Assembly (NCBI RefSeq): GCF_963921235.1
Contig: NC_086097.1
Span: 157,854,001 to 157,918,000, forward strand
Source: Mobula hypostoma
Taxonomy: Eukaryota
Length of the DNA stretch: 64,000 nt
Direction of reading: 5' to 3'
Part shown: piece after piece, positions 63,381 to 64,000 of the stretch
Position numbering within the stretch: position 1 is the first letter of the stretch
How the letters are laid out: the number at the start of each line of letters is the position of its first letter
Made by a program: the position numbers and the translations under genes
The notes under the pieces: generated by a model
What the model saw: the letters and a program-made list of their open reading frames with translations, nothing else
What the model was told of the DNA's origin: nothing
Databases searched by the model: none

Positions 63381-64000
63381 CAAAGTTCAAAAGGTATCAA
63401 TAATTTATATGGTAACATATGTACTTTATCAAAGTAGGTAGTGGGTAGTGGCTCCATATATCACTATTACAGGGTGTGACGACCTTACCTTACACGAGTC
63501 CTGGGCTCAGCTGGCTCCAGCTGACAGGATCCGGTATGCATCCCTATCCAGGGTTACGGATCCCACTGCCTTGTGGGTATCTTCGGGAGAAGAGAAGGCT
63601 AAGGAGTAAACCCTACACAAATCCGGAGTGGAGCCCCTAAGGCGGTTGGATGACGTATCACATCACCTCCCTGCAGCTCCTGCAGCCAAGCTGATGCCAA
63701 ATGTACTGCTTCGCATTCCTTTGGAGCACATCCGTGAGGCCGAGAGGGGGGTCTTCATGTCCGGGCAGCCCAGGATCTCCATATTTATCACCCAGGTCTG
63801 CGCCCCAGAACAGGCGCATCCATTGTCTACTTAGACAGACGGAGCCATGATATGTTACCATATTCTAACTACTCTGACACTTATTTTCCTGCAGGCATTC
63901 AAAGTAAAACAAAAACATGCAACAGAATCAATGAAAACAAACACACAAATAAAGATTGACAAACAGCCAATGTGTAAAAGACTACAAAAAAACAAATAAA
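63381..64000 (-). mobile_element. Rex1-type LINE 3' tail, interrupted at 63437-63849
   Basis: caaagttcaaa...atcaaagta | atatgttaccatat...ttattttcctgcaggcattc matches the tail at 19884 and the reverse complement of 32630-32712. Confidence 0.6.
63437..63849 (+). mobile_element. Non-autonomous RTE-related short element, young (CpG retained)
   Basis: Shares ggagtaaaccct...aaatccggag...ctaaggc and the downstream module with 11550-11825. Confidence 0.6.

Overview
Eukaryotic, AT-rich, repeat-dense DNA with no recognisable host-gene exon, most likely a large intron or gene desert. The repeat set (many CR1 LINEs, Rex1/Babar-type LINEs, V-SINEs, Deu-type SINE remnants, Penelope-like elements) points to a cartilaginous fish, probably a ray or skate; this is inference from recalled repeat families, not a database match. 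Every interpretable long ORF derives from a transposable element: CR1 and Rex1 reverse transcriptases, Penelope RT and GIY-YIG remnants, a decayed Ty3/Gypsy (Mag-like) element, a full-length decayed Tc1, and an internally deleted Tigger/pogo. The most interesting signal is a set of ~120-210 bp Penelope-derived mini-insertions carrying a minimal hammerhead-ribozyme motif (CTGAYGA-A-stem-GAAACGTC). Several have 12-14 bp target-site duplications and start or fold back at the ribozyme core. Also seen: multi-level TE nesting, three short elements with different heads sharing one 3' module, a 26-bp templated insertion, and several unique TAAT-rich blocks that may be enhancers. Boundaries of old repeats are approximate.
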